From positions 1-57,632 of the IMG/VR virus record IMGVR_UViG_3300012943_000037: a stretch of DNA of 57,632 bases; one strand, given 5' to 3'. Source of the DNA: a virus (lineage: Duplodnaviria > Caudoviricetes). The notes under the pieces are model-generated. The model did not search any database and was not told the DNA's origin. It worked only from the letters and a program-made list of their open reading frames with translations. The translations under genes were made by a program, and so were the position numbers. Below, piece by piece: positions 45,457 to 55,403 of this stretch. Positions within the stretch are counted from its first letter, which is position 1. Each line of letters starts with the position of its first letter.

Positions 45457-45701
45457 CAGTAAAAGATTTTGTAGGTAGCAATAATAAGGTTACCTTTGAC
45501 AGTTACAGGCAGGGACATTTTTATTATAATGTACCTCGTTTAGCAGTAGACGAAGATGATGTATTCTTAGATGTCTACCAGTTTACAGTACCAATAGAAG
45601 ATATAGGTACAGCCACATTGTTGGCAGAGGATAAAGCCATCACCTTTATGAGGTGGATAAGAAAGGCTATTGAGGACGGAACATTAACAAAAGTACTATG
45701 A
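45453..45701 (+). CDS. hypothetical phage protein
   Basis: F-x-VPIEDIG-x-A...KAI-x-FMRWIRK. Confidence 0.65.
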   Translation: MTVKDFVGSNNKVTFDSYRQGHFYYNVPRLAVDEDDVFLDVYQFTVPIEDIGTATLLAEDKAITFMRWIRKAIEDGTLTKVL

Positions 45702-45940
45702 CACAATATGAATATGTGCAGGAATTATCCAATTACATGCTAAAGAATTATGATACTACTGTCACACTATCTAAAAATGAACAGTGGTTTGGAGGTTATC
45801 ATCTGACATTTTCTGGAAGGTTTAATAGGAGCACGTATTTTTTGGCAGAGGAAGAAAATTGGAAGGATGTATTGATTGCAATGACAAATAATGTAATTGA
45901 CAACAAAGATCCAAGACAAGATATAGAAGGTTATATATGA
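45698..45940 (+). CDS. possible divergent paralog family member 4
   Basis: YEYVQELSNYMLKNYD. Confidence 0.55.
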   Translation: MTQYEYVQELSNYMLKNYDTTVTLSKNEQWFGGYHLTFSGRFNRSTYFLAEEENWKDVLIAMTNNVIDNKDPRQDIEGYI

Positions 45941-47073
45941 TTAAGGGAAAAGCAAAACAGAGAACAGGAGAAACTCCAACAGTAAATTACAGGAAGTTAG
46001 ATGCTTTAAATCAGTCTATGATTAAGTTATTTGACAGTGATCCTGTTAAGTTTTTTGAGGAGTTTAAGTTAGGAAAGAGAAGGGATGATGATAAGAAGTC
46101 AACTTCTCTTATTATTGGAGATTTGGTTGACTTCTATCTATTGTCCTGTAGAGGGGATGATGATGAGTTTCACAACCGTTTTGATGAGAAATTTGCCTTG
46201 ATGAAGGGTGACAAAGGAAGTGGTCAGGTATTTTTATTAGCTGATACAATTCTGGAGTTGACTAAGAGGGATACTGATCCTGATAGTGGTAAAGTAAAAA
46301 CATCTTTTGAGACACGTTTCTCAGAAGCAGTACAGAGAGTTCAGGCTGATGGTAAGTATAAAGGTAAAACTGCTGATAAAATATTAGAGGACTTTGAGAA
46401 GAATGGTATGGATTATTTCCAGACATTAATTGATAACATTGGAAAGACTGTTATTGATACTTCATTGATTGACAAGGCTTTATCAGTAGCTAATAGAATA
46501 AAGAATGACGAATTTACCAGAGATTATTTTGATTTTGATGTACTGGAAAATACTGATGGACATAATGAGTTACTGACTCACGTACCTATTCAGTGGCAGT
46601 ACAGGATTGATGACAAGAGAGTTGTGGAATGTAAGAGTGAGATTGATATGATATTCATTGACCATGAGGGTAAAACAATATATCCACGTGACTTAAAAAC
46701 ATCCTATGATAATGAGTCATTTGATTATATGTATATCAAAAATAGTTACTATCTACAGAACGCTTTCTATTGGAAAGCTGTCAGACTATGGGCATTAGAG
46801 AATGGACTGGGAGATTATAAGGTAATGCCTTTAGACTTTATTGTGGGTGATACATCTGCAAATAACAGAAAACCTCTGATTTACCAGACATCTATGGAAG
46901 ATGTAGAGAAAGGTTTAAAAGGCTTTGATCTAAGAGGTAACCATTATAGAGGTATTGAGGAATTAATTGATGAGATTGCTTGGTGTGAAGAAAAAGATAT
47001 TTGGGACTGCTCAAGAGAGTCCTATAATAAGATGGGAGTCATGAAGTTAAATGTTAAGTATGATACAGTTTGA
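45937..47073 (+). CDS. PD-(D/E)XK exonuclease-like protein (RecE/DUF3799-like)
   Basis: YRKLDALNQSMIK, KSEIDMI, DLKTS and YYLQNAFY motifs. Confidence 0.72.
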   Translation: MIKGKAKQRTGETPTVNYRKLDALNQSMIKLFDSDPVKFFEEFKLGKRRDDDKKSTSLIIGDLVDFYLLSCRGDDDEFHNRFDEKFALMKGDKGSGQVFLLADTILELTKRDTDPDSGKVKTSFETRFSEAVQRVQADGKYKGKTADKILEDFEKNGMDYFQTLIDNIGKTVIDTSLIDKALSVANRIKNDEFTRDYFDFDVLENTDGHNELLTHVPIQWQYRIDDKRVVECKSEIDMIFIDHEGKTIYPRDLKTSYDNESFDYMYIKNSYYLQNAFYWKAVRLWALENGLGDYKVMPLDFIVGDTSANNRKPLIYQTSMEDVEKGLKGFDLRGNHYRGIEELIDEIAWCEEKDIWDCSRESYNKMGVMKLNVKYDTV

Positions 47074-47299
47074 GTGTGAATTTTGTGGTAAAGAAATATG
47101 TGAGTGTGAAGAATTAGTAGATATGGGAGAATCTCCCACCGTTATATCAGTAAAAAAGTGCCACGAGATTCTGGATGCTGCTAAAGAGCATGGTTTGGAG
47201 GTAGAGGTAGTTGTATGGGCACTTGAATATATGCAGAGTAATCCGGGATTACTTCCTGAAGAAGCACTGATGATGGGTTTTGATGAATGGATAAAATAA
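47060..47299 (+). CDS. small Cys-containing hypothetical protein
   Basis: CEFCGKEICEC. Confidence 0.55.
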   Translation: MIQFECEFCGKEICECEELVDMGESPTVISVKKCHEILDAAKEHGLEVEVVVWALEYMQSNPGLLPEEALMMGFDEWIK

Positions 47300-47311
47300 A
47301 AATTTAAATAT

Positions 47312-47857
47312 ATGGGATTGGACATGTATTTATATAGGAAGACCTATATAAAAAGTTGGGGTGATGAGGAAGAATTTAAAATCACTCTAAAACACAAAGG
47401 AAAAAATATCAAGTTAACTAATCCAAAAGAGATTAGTGAAGAAGTGGGATATTGGAGAAAGGCAAATCAGATACACAATTGGTTTGTTGAGAATGTACAG
47501 GACGGAGAGGATAATTGTCAACCATATGAGGTGAGCAGGAGACAGTTAAAAGAGCTTTTAAATTTATGTTTAGAAGTAAAAGAGAAGGCTATATTGATTA
47601 GTGGTAAAGTTGTAACTGGAATGGTTTATGAAAAAGGAGAATCAAGAAAGCAGGAACAAGATGGTCTTATAATTGAAAATGCTGAGGAGATAGAGGAATT
47701 GTTACCTACAACCTCAGGATTCTTCTTTGGTGGTACTGAGTATGATGAGTTCTACATGAATGATATTAATGAAACAATAGAAATTTTAGAGAAAGTACTA
47801 AATGAAGATTCTCCTGAGGGAGTATCACAATGGTATGAGTATCGTTCAAGTTGGTAA
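47312..47857 (+). CDS. conserved phage hypothetical protein
   Basis: MGLDMYL, YWRKANQIHNWF, LPT-x-SGFFFG and Y-x-SSW motifs. Confidence 0.7.
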   Translation: MGLDMYLYRKTYIKSWGDEEEFKITLKHKGKNIKLTNPKEISEEVGYWRKANQIHNWFVENVQDGEDNCQPYEVSRRQLKELLNLCLEVKEKAILISGKVVTGMVYEKGESRKQEQDGLIIENAEEIEELLPTTSGFFFGGTEYDEFYMNDINETIEILEKVLNEDSPEGVSQWYEYRSSW

Positions 47858-47858
47858 G

Positions 47859-48743
47859 ATGATTAAGGCAGAAATTATAGCTGACTCTATCAGCAGTAAG
47901 GGGAAAAGATTAACTACTTTTGTATTACACTTTCCCCGTATAGTGTTAGCAGAATTCAACACCCATAGGGCGTTGAGTAGAAATAGTGCTTCAAGTAGAG
48001 CCATTCCGTTTAAGAAAATGATGAAGTTGGTTAAAGAAAACCCCTTCATACCCATGAAATGGATGAAAGAACACACAGGAATGCAGGGTTCAGAGTATTT
48101 TGGAGAAAAGGAGTCTTCAGTCTTGGAGACTTTGTGGTTAGAGAGTAGAGATAGTGCAGTTGCTAAAGCAGAAGCTTTGTCCCAATGGGGTCTTACCAAG
48201 CAATTTTGCAACAGATTACTCGAACCTTTTATGTGGCATACTGTTATATGTACAGGTTCTGAATGGGAGAATTTCTTTGCATTGAGATCACATCCAGATG
48301 CAGAGATACATATACAGGCTTTGGCAGATAAAATGCTTGAAGTTTACAACAATAGTGTACCCACGAAGTTAGAAGGAGGTGAGTGGCATATCCCATTCGG
48401 TGACAGCTTTGATCCTGAAAGACTTCGTGAGTATGCTTTTAAAAAGAGTGATGGATTAGTTAGAGGTAGAACACCTATAGAAGATGCCAAAATCAGGATA
48501 GCTACAGCACGTTGTGCCAGAGTTAGTTACCTGAATTTTGAAGGAAAGGATGATTATGATGCTGACCTAGAATTACATGATAGGTTATGTCAGAGTGGTC
48601 ACATGTCTCCTTTTGAACACTGTGCAATGAACATGGAGGACGAAGAAGTGTATGGTAACTTTATAGGATGGAAACAATATAGGAAACATTTTAACAAGGA
48701 GAACAGAACAGATGAAAGAGTTAAAAAATATAATAGTAGCTAA
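47859..48743 (+). CDS. thyX: Flavin-dependent thymidylate synthase (ThyX-like)
   Basis: EFNTHRALSRNSASSRAIP, NRLLEPF, ARCARVSY and H-x-SPFEH motifs. Confidence 0.85.
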   Translation: MIKAEIIADSISSKGKRLTTFVLHFPRIVLAEFNTHRALSRNSASSRAIPFKKMMKLVKENPFIPMKWMKEHTGMQGSEYFGEKESSVLETLWLESRDSAVAKAEALSQWGLTKQFCNRLLEPFMWHTVICTGSEWENFFALRSHPDAEIHIQALADKMLEVYNNSVPTKLEGGEWHIPFGDSFDPERLREYAFKKSDGLVRGRTPIEDAKIRIATARCARVSYLNFEGKDDYDADLELHDRLCQSGHMSPFEHCAMNMEDEEVYGNFIGWKQYRKHFNKENRTDERVKKYNSS

Positions 48744-48984
48744 GTATGGACTGTTCCTGACTGCATTAATACAGGTATTCTTTGTAGCTATGCAGCCCTT
48801 GTTTATTATTAACCACAGAATAGCACCTATGTTAGTCTGTGGATTTTGCATTAGTCTTATCTGGACTATGAATGTGAAGAGAGTAGCATTTGGTGGATGG
48901 ACTGACAGGATTGTATATGCATTAGGTGCTATGTGGGGAACAGGATTGGGATATTTATTAAGTGATTATATAGTAGGTATATGA
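48712..48984 (+). CDS. small membrane protein
   Basis: Three hydrophobic helices. Confidence 0.6.
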   Translation: MKELKNIIVAKYGLFLTALIQVFFVAMQPLFIINHRIAPMLVCGFCISLIWTMNVKRVAFGGWTDRIVYALGAMWGTGLGYLLSDYIVGI

Positions 48985-49352
48985 AGAAGCAAAAGCAGAA
49001 AGAGGATAAATCTCCTGAAGTTCAGGCTCCTAAGTTGGAGTTATCACCTAAGGAAATTTTAGATAATCGTCTGAAAAGGGTTGAAATCCTTAAGAAAATT
49101 GACGAGATCAAATTAACTAGGGAGAAGGATGAACTGGAAGTCCAGAAGAGAAAATTGGAGAATGAAGAGGCTAAGAAGAGAGGAACTGGATGGAGAAGTC
49201 CAATCGGTGAATTACTTGATGTAGCACAGACTTGGATAATTGATAATAGTAAAAGTGTAATAGGTGGTGAGCCAGTATTGATTAGTCTATGGACTGATGA
49301 TGAGATGGAAGAGATTAAACACCTTATACTCAAGAAAGTGAGGAGCTTATGA
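48981..49352 (+). CDS. hypothetical protein
   Basis: Coupled ORF. Confidence 0.6.
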   Translation: MKKQKQKEDKSPEVQAPKLELSPKEILDNRLKRVEILKKIDEIKLTREKDELEVQKRKLENEEAKKRGTGWRSPIGELLDVAQTWIIDNSKSVIGGEPVLISLWTDDEMEEIKHLILKKVRSL

Positions 49353-49717
49353 AGATAGCAATAGATTTTGATGGTACATGCGTCATACATGACTATCCTG
49401 CAACTGGTGATAATATTGGTGCAGAAGAAGTATTAAAAGAATTAGTAGAGAAAGGTCACCAGTTGATTCTATATACAATGAGGACTGGTGTAGAGTTACA
49501 TTTTGCACGTAGATGGTTTGATGAACATAAGATTGAGTTGTATGGAGTTCAGTATGATCCTGAACAAACAAAATGGACATCTTCTAATAAGTGTTATGCA
49601 CATTTATACATAGATGATGCAGCTTTAGGAATCCCCTTGATTTACCCAGAAAATAAGAGACCTTATGTTGATTGGATAAAAGTTAGGGAAATGTTGGTAG
49701 AAAAAGGTATTCTATGA
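49349..49717 (+). CDS. HAD-family phosphatase (BT0820-like)
   Basis: IAIDFDGT, LYTMR and K-x-YAHLYIDD motifs. Confidence 0.82.
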   Translation: MKIAIDFDGTCVIHDYPATGDNIGAEEVLKELVEKGHQLILYTMRTGVELHFARRWFDEHKIELYGVQYDPEQTKWTSSNKCYAHLYIDDAALGIPLIYPENKRPYVDWIKVREMLVEKGIL

Positions 49718-50367
49718 TTATAGGAATTAGTGGTTATATGCATAGTGGTAAGGATACTCTTGGTCAGATTATATTAGATTTGACTAAAGTTAAGAACCAT
49801 ACTGTGATAGAAGACGAGTTTGGCCGACCCCAAACCGATACCAAAGGTAATTACGTTACCTATCCAGATATATCTACTTTTAAGATTAGGAAGTTTGCAG
49901 GAAAGTTAAAGGAGATGGCATCTCTTATGACTGGTATTCCTGTAGAAAAGTTTGAGGATCAAGAGTTTAAGAGTGGTTATATGCCATCTGAGTGGGGTGA
50001 TATGACTGTAAGACAATTCCTACAACGTCTTGGTACTGATGCCGTTAGGCATCATTTACACACAGATGCTTGGGTTATTTCAGCTATGGCTGGATACACC
50101 GAAAGTGATAATTGGGTATTTACAGACTGTAGGTTTCCCAATGAGGCACAAGCTATCAAAGATAGAGGTGGAATAATTATCAGGATTAATAGGTATCCTC
50201 CGGGAATGTCCCCTGTATTTATGGATAGGACAGAAAGTGAGGTTAGTTTAGATAATTGGGAATTTGACCACGTTATTTACAACGTAGGTACAATTGATGA
50301 TTTAAGAGCACAGATTAAAAACATACTAAGTGAGGAGCTTTTTAAGATGAAAAATTATGCAAATTAA
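49714..50367 (+). CDS. Deoxynucleoside monophosphate kinase
   Basis: IIGISGYMHSGKDT, FAGKLK, RQFLQRLGT and DCRFPNE motifs. Confidence 0.88.
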   Translation: MIIGISGYMHSGKDTLGQIILDLTKVKNHTVIEDEFGRPQTDTKGNYVTYPDISTFKIRKFAGKLKEMASLMTGIPVEKFEDQEFKSGYMPSEWGDMTVRQFLQRLGTDAVRHHLHTDAWVISAMAGYTESDNWVFTDCRFPNEAQAIKDRGGIIIRINRYPPGMSPVFMDRTESEVSLDNWEFDHVIYNVGTIDDLRAQIKNILSEELFKMKNYAN

Positions 50368-50405
50368 TTTTGCCATGTGATGAAAGTGACGTAATTTAGT
50401 ATACC

Positions 50406-50435
50406 AAGCCGGGGTAATTCTACCTCGGCTTTTTT
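50406..50435 (+). terminator. Intrinsic terminator-like hairpin
   Basis: AAGCCGGGGTA-ATTC-TACCTCGGCTT-TTTT. Confidence 0.65.
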
Positions 50436-50452
50436 AATCTAAAGATGAAAGA

Positions 50453-53029
50453 ATGACAGTAAAAGAATATTTTAACGGAGACGAATTGGCAGCAGATGTA
50501 TGGCTGTCAAAATATGCTATAGAGGGAGAAAAAACACCCTATGATATGCATTTAAGAATGGCAGAAGAGTTAGCCAGAATGGAGAAGGAACTTGAGAAAA
50601 ATGTGCCAATAGTAGAAGTTAACCAATTATCCGAATTTGGTGAGAAGTTGTTCGAGAAAGGTGAACTATCTGTAGACGACATAATGTGGTACTTTGATAA
50701 CTTTAGGTATATTGTTCCACAGGGCTCAATTATGACTATGCTTGGTAACAAACACAAGATTGGTAGTTTGAGCAATTGTTTTGTAATCCCTTCACCAGTA
50801 GACAGTTATGGAGGTATTCTGAAGACTGACCAGCAATTGGTTCAGTTAATGAAGAGAAGAGGTGGTGTAGGTACAAATATCAATACCCTGAGACCTTCTG
50901 ATACCCCTGTTTCTAACGCAGCAGGTACCTCTACAGGAGCAGTTTCTTTCATGCATAGGTATTCTAACTCAACCAGAGAAGTAGCCCAGAATGGTAGGAG
51001 AGGGGCTCTCATGTTATTAATTTCCTGTAAGCACCCAGATGTGTTCAAATTTGTGAATGTTAAGAAGGATAGGACAGCCGTAACTGGTGCTAATATCTCA
51101 GTAATGTTGACAGACAAATTTATGGAGGCTGTAAAGAAGGATGGAGATTTTATTTGCACTTTCCCTGTTGATATAGATGATAATTTTGATACAAACACTC
51201 CTTATAATAAATTAGTTTATTTTGGGACTGGTTGGATTATGAGGATCAGGGCAAAAGAGTTGTTTGACCAGATTGTTGAGAATGCTTGGGATAATGCTGA
51301 ACCCGGTGTAGCTTTCATGGATAGGGTACGTGAGTATTCTCCAGAAGGTGTATATGAACAGTTCAGAGCTATTGCTAGTAATCCTTGTGGTGAACAATGG
51401 ATGCAAGCTTATGATGCATGTAGGTTATTGGCACTCAATTTATTTGGGATAGTAAACAATCCATTTACAGATAAGGCTGAGATTGACTGGAGTAGGTTAT
51501 ATGAAATAGCATATATCCAGCAGAGATTGGCAGATGATATTGTGGAATTGGAAATTGAGTATGTAGATAGAATCATTGCTAAAATCAAGAGTGACCCTGA
51601 ACCAACTGATATTAAGAGAGACGAGTTAGAGTTGTGGAAGAAGGTCAGGGAAACAGCTAAAGCATCCAGAAGAACAGGTTGTGGTTTTACAGGCTTGGGT
51701 GATATGTTGGCAGCATTAGGTCTGAAATATGACAGTGATGAGGCTTTGTATATTACTGAAAAGGTAGTAAAAGAGAAGATGAGGGCAGAATTAGACTGTA
51801 CTATTGACTTGGCTATTCTAAGAGGTACATTTGAAGGATGGAATACAAACTTAGAATTTGTACTGGATGATGACAGAAAATTGTGGGGAGGTAATAATGA
51901 ATTCTATAATATGTTATGTTCTGAATTTCCTGAGCAAGTCTCAAGAATGAGACAGTATGGTAGGAGAAATGTTAGCTGGTCTACAGTTGCACCTACTGGT
52001 ACTGTGTCTCTTATGACTCAGACAACCAGTGGTTTAGAGCCTTTATTCATGGGATTCTATATGAGGAGAAAGAAAATTAACCCATCTAACAAAGATGCTA
52101 GAGTTGATTTTGTGGATCAGAATGGTGACAGTTGGCAGGAGTTTCCTGTACTACATCCTAAGTTTAAGGATTGGTTACAAGAGAAATACAAAGGTCATGA
52201 GATGGATATTACCCTAATGTTAGAGACTGGAGAATTAGGAAGAGAGAGAATTGATGAGGAATTTGAGAAATCTCCTTGGTATAACTCTACGGCTAATGAT
52301 ATTAGTTGGGAGAAAAGGATTGCTATACAGTCTGTTATCCAGAAGTATACAACCAATGCTATTAGTAGCACAATGAATTTACCTAGTGATGTGAGTAAGG
52401 AAACTGTAGCTGGTATATACTTTAAAGCTTGGGAATCAGGCTTGAAGGGTGTAACTATCTATAGAGATGGATGTAGATCAGGTGTATTAGTGGCAGATAC
52501 TGCCAAAAAGTCTTCTTTTGATTACAGTGATGCTGTAAAAAGACCTAAAGAAATTAACGGAAATTTACACGTAGTTTCTGTCAAAGGAGTAAAATATGGC
52601 GTGATTATTGGTCTGGTAGATGATCGTCCATATGAATTATTTGCATTTAACTTACCAGAAGATATTAAAGATTCATGCAATGGTAAAATTGTGAAGGTCA
52701 AAAAAGGACACTACAACTTTGAGTGTGAAGATGGTACTCTTAAAGATTTACAGGAAGCAGCAGTTAAGAGTGATGAATTGGTTCTCACTCGTCTTGTGTC
52801 CGGTATGCTTAGACATGGTGCTAAACCTCAGTTTGTTATGGAACAGATTGATAAGTGTGATTTGGAAGTGGTTAGTTTTGGTAAAGCTGTGGCTAGGACT
52901 TTAAAGAAATATGTAAAGGATGAGGACATGGTTGCAAGAAACTCCTGCAAAGATTGTGGTAGTAGTAATGTGAGAATGCAGGAAGGATGCTTAACTTGTC
53001 TGGATTGTGGATCAAGTAAATGTGGATAA
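50453..53029 (+). CDS. nrdJ: Class II (adenosylcobalamin-dependent) ribonucleotide reductase
   Basis: SLSNCFV, QNGRRGA, ANIS, NPCGE, APTGT; C-terminal Zn ribbon C-x-x-CG...EGC-x-x-C-x-x-CG-x-SKC; no NrdB partner nearby. Confidence 0.92.
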   Translation: MTVKEYFNGDELAADVWLSKYAIEGEKTPYDMHLRMAEELARMEKELEKNVPIVEVNQLSEFGEKLFEKGELSVDDIMWYFDNFRYIVPQGSIMTMLGNKHKIGSLSNCFVIPSPVDSYGGILKTDQQLVQLMKRRGGVGTNINTLRPSDTPVSNAAGTSTGAVSFMHRYSNSTREVAQNGRRGALMLLISCKHPDVFKFVNVKKDRTAVTGANISVMLTDKFMEAVKKDGDFICTFPVDIDDNFDTNTPYNKLVYFGTGWIMRIRAKELFDQIVENAWDNAEPGVAFMDRVREYSPEGVYEQFRAIASNPCGEQWMQAYDACRLLALNLFGIVNNPFTDKAEIDWSRLYEIAYIQQRLADDIVELEIEYVDRIIAKIKSDPEPTDIKRDELELWKKVRETAKASRRTGCGFTGLGDMLAALGLKYDSDEALYITEKVVKEKMRAELDCTIDLAILRGTFEGWNTNLEFVLDDDRKLWGGNNEFYNMLCSEFPEQVSRMRQYGRRNVSWSTVAPTGTVSLMTQTTSGLEPLFMGFYMRRKKINPSNKDARVDFVDQNGDSWQEFPVLHPKFKDWLQEKYKGHEMDITLMLETGELGRERIDEEFEKSPWYNSTANDISWEKRIAIQSVIQKYTTNAISSTMNLPSDVSKETVAGIYFKAWESGLKGVTIYRDGCRSGVLVADTAKKSSFDYSDAVKRPKEINGNLHVVSVKGVKYGVIIGLVDDRPYELFAFNLPEDIKDSCNGKIVKVKKGHYNFECEDGTLKDLQEAAVKSDELVLTRLVSGMLRHGAKPQFVMEQIDKCDLEVVSFGKAVARTLKKYVKDEDMVARNSCKDCGSSNVRMQEGCLTCLDCGSSKCG

Positions 53030-53316
53030 TGGCAAAAAGTTATGATATAGGGATCAGTTTAATGGTAAATGTTAATTTAGATGATCCAGAAGATAATCAG
53101 GAAATTGCAAGGAAAATTAAACCGAAAGTTCAGGAACTTATTAATGAATCCATTGGAGATTATATTGATAGTGTTGAACTATATGATGATAGAATGTTTC
53201 CTTGTGATAACTGTGATATAGGAGAGATGATATATGATTACTCATCTCCTACACAAAGAGAGACAATTACACATTACAGGTGTAATGAATGTGGACATAC
53301 ACAATCATTTCCATGA
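53029..53316 (+). CDS. Zn-ribbon hypothetical protein
   Basis: CDNC...CNECG. Confidence 0.55.
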   Translation: MAKSYDIGISLMVNVNLDDPEDNQEIARKIKPKVQELINESIGDYIDSVELYDDRMFPCDNCDIGEMIYDYSSPTQRETITHYRCNECGHTQSFP

Positions 53317-53591
53317 GTCAAAAAGAGATAAAACTAAGCCCTAATATAGGTGAGAATGATATTTCTTACAGGGTTAAACAGGCAAATAAATTTCTGGAAA
53401 AGGGTCACCAAGTAAAGGTGACTCTTACTTTCAGAGGCAGAGAAAGAGTACATGAGGATATTGGTTTAAAAACTATTGAGGAGTTTATAACTTCATGTAC
53501 ATCAGGGGTTAAGAATGGACAACCCCGGATCACAGATGGGAAACGTAAGTTTATTACAGCCCACTTAAATCCAAAGGTTAAACAGAGTTGA
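53313..53591 (+). CDS. Translation initiation factor IF3 C-terminal domain protein
   Basis: KEIKLSPNIGENDISYRVKQANKFLEKGHQVKVTLTFRGRE. Confidence 0.85.
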   Translation: MSQKEIKLSPNIGENDISYRVKQANKFLEKGHQVKVTLTFRGRERVHEDIGLKTIEEFITSCTSGVKNGQPRITDGKRKFITAHLNPKVKQS

Positions 53592-53596
53592 TATAT

Positions 53597-54664
53597 ATGG
53601 CAAAAGAACAGAAAAACGAGCAGAACAATGAAGACAAAAGTAAAAAACTTTCTGACTTCATGAAAAAGATGGAAAAGGACTTTGGTGAAGGTTCAGTAAT
53701 GGGTTTGAACGACAAACCTACAACACATGAATTTGTACCTACAGGTTCAATTGGATTAGACAAAGCACTAGGTATTGGTGGCTTACCAAAGGGTAGAATT
53801 ATTGAGATATATGGCCCTGAGAGTAGTGGTAAAACCACATTAACAATGCATGTAATGAAGGAGGCATTGAATGCTGATCCAGAAGCACAGTGTGCTATTG
53901 TTGACGTAGAGCAGTCCTTTGATAGGAATTATGCTGAAAAACTTGGGTTAGATATTAACCGAGTTAAGATCAGCCAACCAAATTATGGTGAGGAAGCACT
54001 TGAGATCACAAGATCATATGTTGAAAGTGGTTTATTTGCTGTAGTAGTATTGGATAGTGTAGCAGCATTAGTTCCAAAGAGTGAGTTAGAGGGTGAAGTT
54101 GGTGATGCACAGATGGGTAAACAAGCACGTATGATGAGTCAAGCTCTTCGTATGATAACACCCTCTGTAAATAAAACTAACACAGTCTTAATATTCACCA
54201 ACCAATTACGTGCCAATATAGGTGGTTATGGTAATCCAGAAACTACTACAGGTGGTAATGCACTGAAGTTCTATACTTCAATAAGATTGGATATAAGACG
54301 TTCGGTTACCAAAGAGAATAGTTTAATGGATGGTGATGTGAAAATTGGTAATCTGACTAAGGTTAAGGTACTCAAAAACAAAGTTGCACCTCCTTTTAGA
54401 GAATGTGAATTTAACATTATTTATAATGAGGGAATTGATAAGTTTGGAGAGATTCTTGATGTAGCAGTGGAGACAGGAATTATCACAAAGAGTGGTTCAT
54501 GGTTCTCTTATAATGGTGACAAAATTGGACAAGGGTTTGATACAGTTAGATTACTCATGAAAGATAACGATGAATTATATCAGGAGATAAAGAAAAAAGT
54601 TGAGGAAACCTTTGTTCCTAAGGAGTTTATTCCTACAGAACAGGATATAAAAAATGCAGAGTAA
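53597..54664 (+). CDS. recA: RecA recombinase
   Basis: TGSIGLDKALGIGGLPKGRIIEIYGPESSGKTT, DSVAAL, QARMMSQALR and KNKVAPPF motifs. Confidence 0.97.
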   Translation: MAKEQKNEQNNEDKSKKLSDFMKKMEKDFGEGSVMGLNDKPTTHEFVPTGSIGLDKALGIGGLPKGRIIEIYGPESSGKTTLTMHVMKEALNADPEAQCAIVDVEQSFDRNYAEKLGLDINRVKISQPNYGEEALEITRSYVESGLFAVVVLDSVAALVPKSELEGEVGDAQMGKQARMMSQALRMITPSVNKTNTVLIFTNQLRANIGGYGNPETTTGGNALKFYTSIRLDIRRSVTKENSLMDGDVKIGNLTKVKVLKNKVAPPFRECEFNIIYNEGIDKFGEILDVAVETGIITKSGSWFSYNGDKIGQGFDTVRLLMKDNDELYQEIKKKVEETFVPKEFIPTEQDIKNAE

Positions 54665-54993
54665 TGTTGACAGTGAATGAATATGGAGAAAGAGCCATGA
54701 TTACAGCCATGTATGGAGAGGGTAATAAAGTCGGATACCCTATCCTTGGGTTAGTAGGTGAGGCAGGAGAGATAGCCAATAAGTATAAGAAGGTATTACG
54801 TGATGATGGAGGCATTCTCTCAGAGGAGAAAAGGAAGGCTCTTATAGATGAATTAGGAGATGTATTATGGTATTGTGCTGCTTTAGCCAGAGATTTGGAG
54901 ACCAACTTAGAGGAGGTATGCAGAATTAACCTCAGTAAGTTAGGAGCCAGACTTGCTAAAGGCACTATCAAAGGAAGTGGAGACAACAGATGA
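54664..54993 (+). CDS. MazG-like nucleotide pyrophosphohydrolase
   Basis: GLVGEAGE, ELGDVLWY and GSGDNR motifs. Confidence 0.88.
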   Translation: MLTVNEYGERAMITAMYGEGNKVGYPILGLVGEAGEIANKYKKVLRDDGGILSEEKRKALIDELGDVLWYCAALARDLETNLEEVCRINLSKLGARLAKGTIKGSGDNR

Positions 54994-55403
54994 GTGATGC
55001 AGTAAGTCAGATGTACAAAGACACAGATTTATGGAAGCTGACAGAAAGAAAGGAGATGCCCTTGATTGATCTTAGTGGTCAATCATGTGGCTCCCCTTTT
55101 CAATTACCCCAACGGAAAGTTTATGGGGAACCCTTCAGTCTGGATTTATTGACTGAAGCTATTAGAGATTTTGAATTTAAAAAAGTTGAGATGAGAAAGA
55201 AACCTTTTCAGTACATGGTATTACTCCATGAGTATGAAACAAAAGATGGAAGTAAGGAGTATAAAGACTCCAAAGTTATCATAGATTTGAAAACTGTGAT
55301 GGCAAAAAGTGAGAAAGAGTTGGTGTTTAAGATTACTAGGGAAATTCCTGAGGAATTTGCAGGTGAACCTGATAACGTGGAGATTATCATACGCCCTTTT
55401 TAA
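54990..55403 (+). CDS. hypothetical protein ending at a slippery site (alternative start ATG 55191)
   Basis: ORF ends CGC CCT TTT TAA. Confidence 0.6.
   Translation: MSDAVSQMYKDTDLWKLTERKEMPLIDLSGQSCGSPFQLPQRKVYGEPFSLDLLTEAIRDFEFKKVEMRKKPFQYMVLLHEYETKDGSKEYKDSKVIIDLKTVMAKSEKELVFKITREIPEEFAGEPDNVEIIIRPF

Noticed and set aside
13875-53029. Introns or inteins in PolB, helicases or RNR
   Set aside because: The ORFs are continuous, of ordinary length, and lack intein splice or homing-endonuclease motifs
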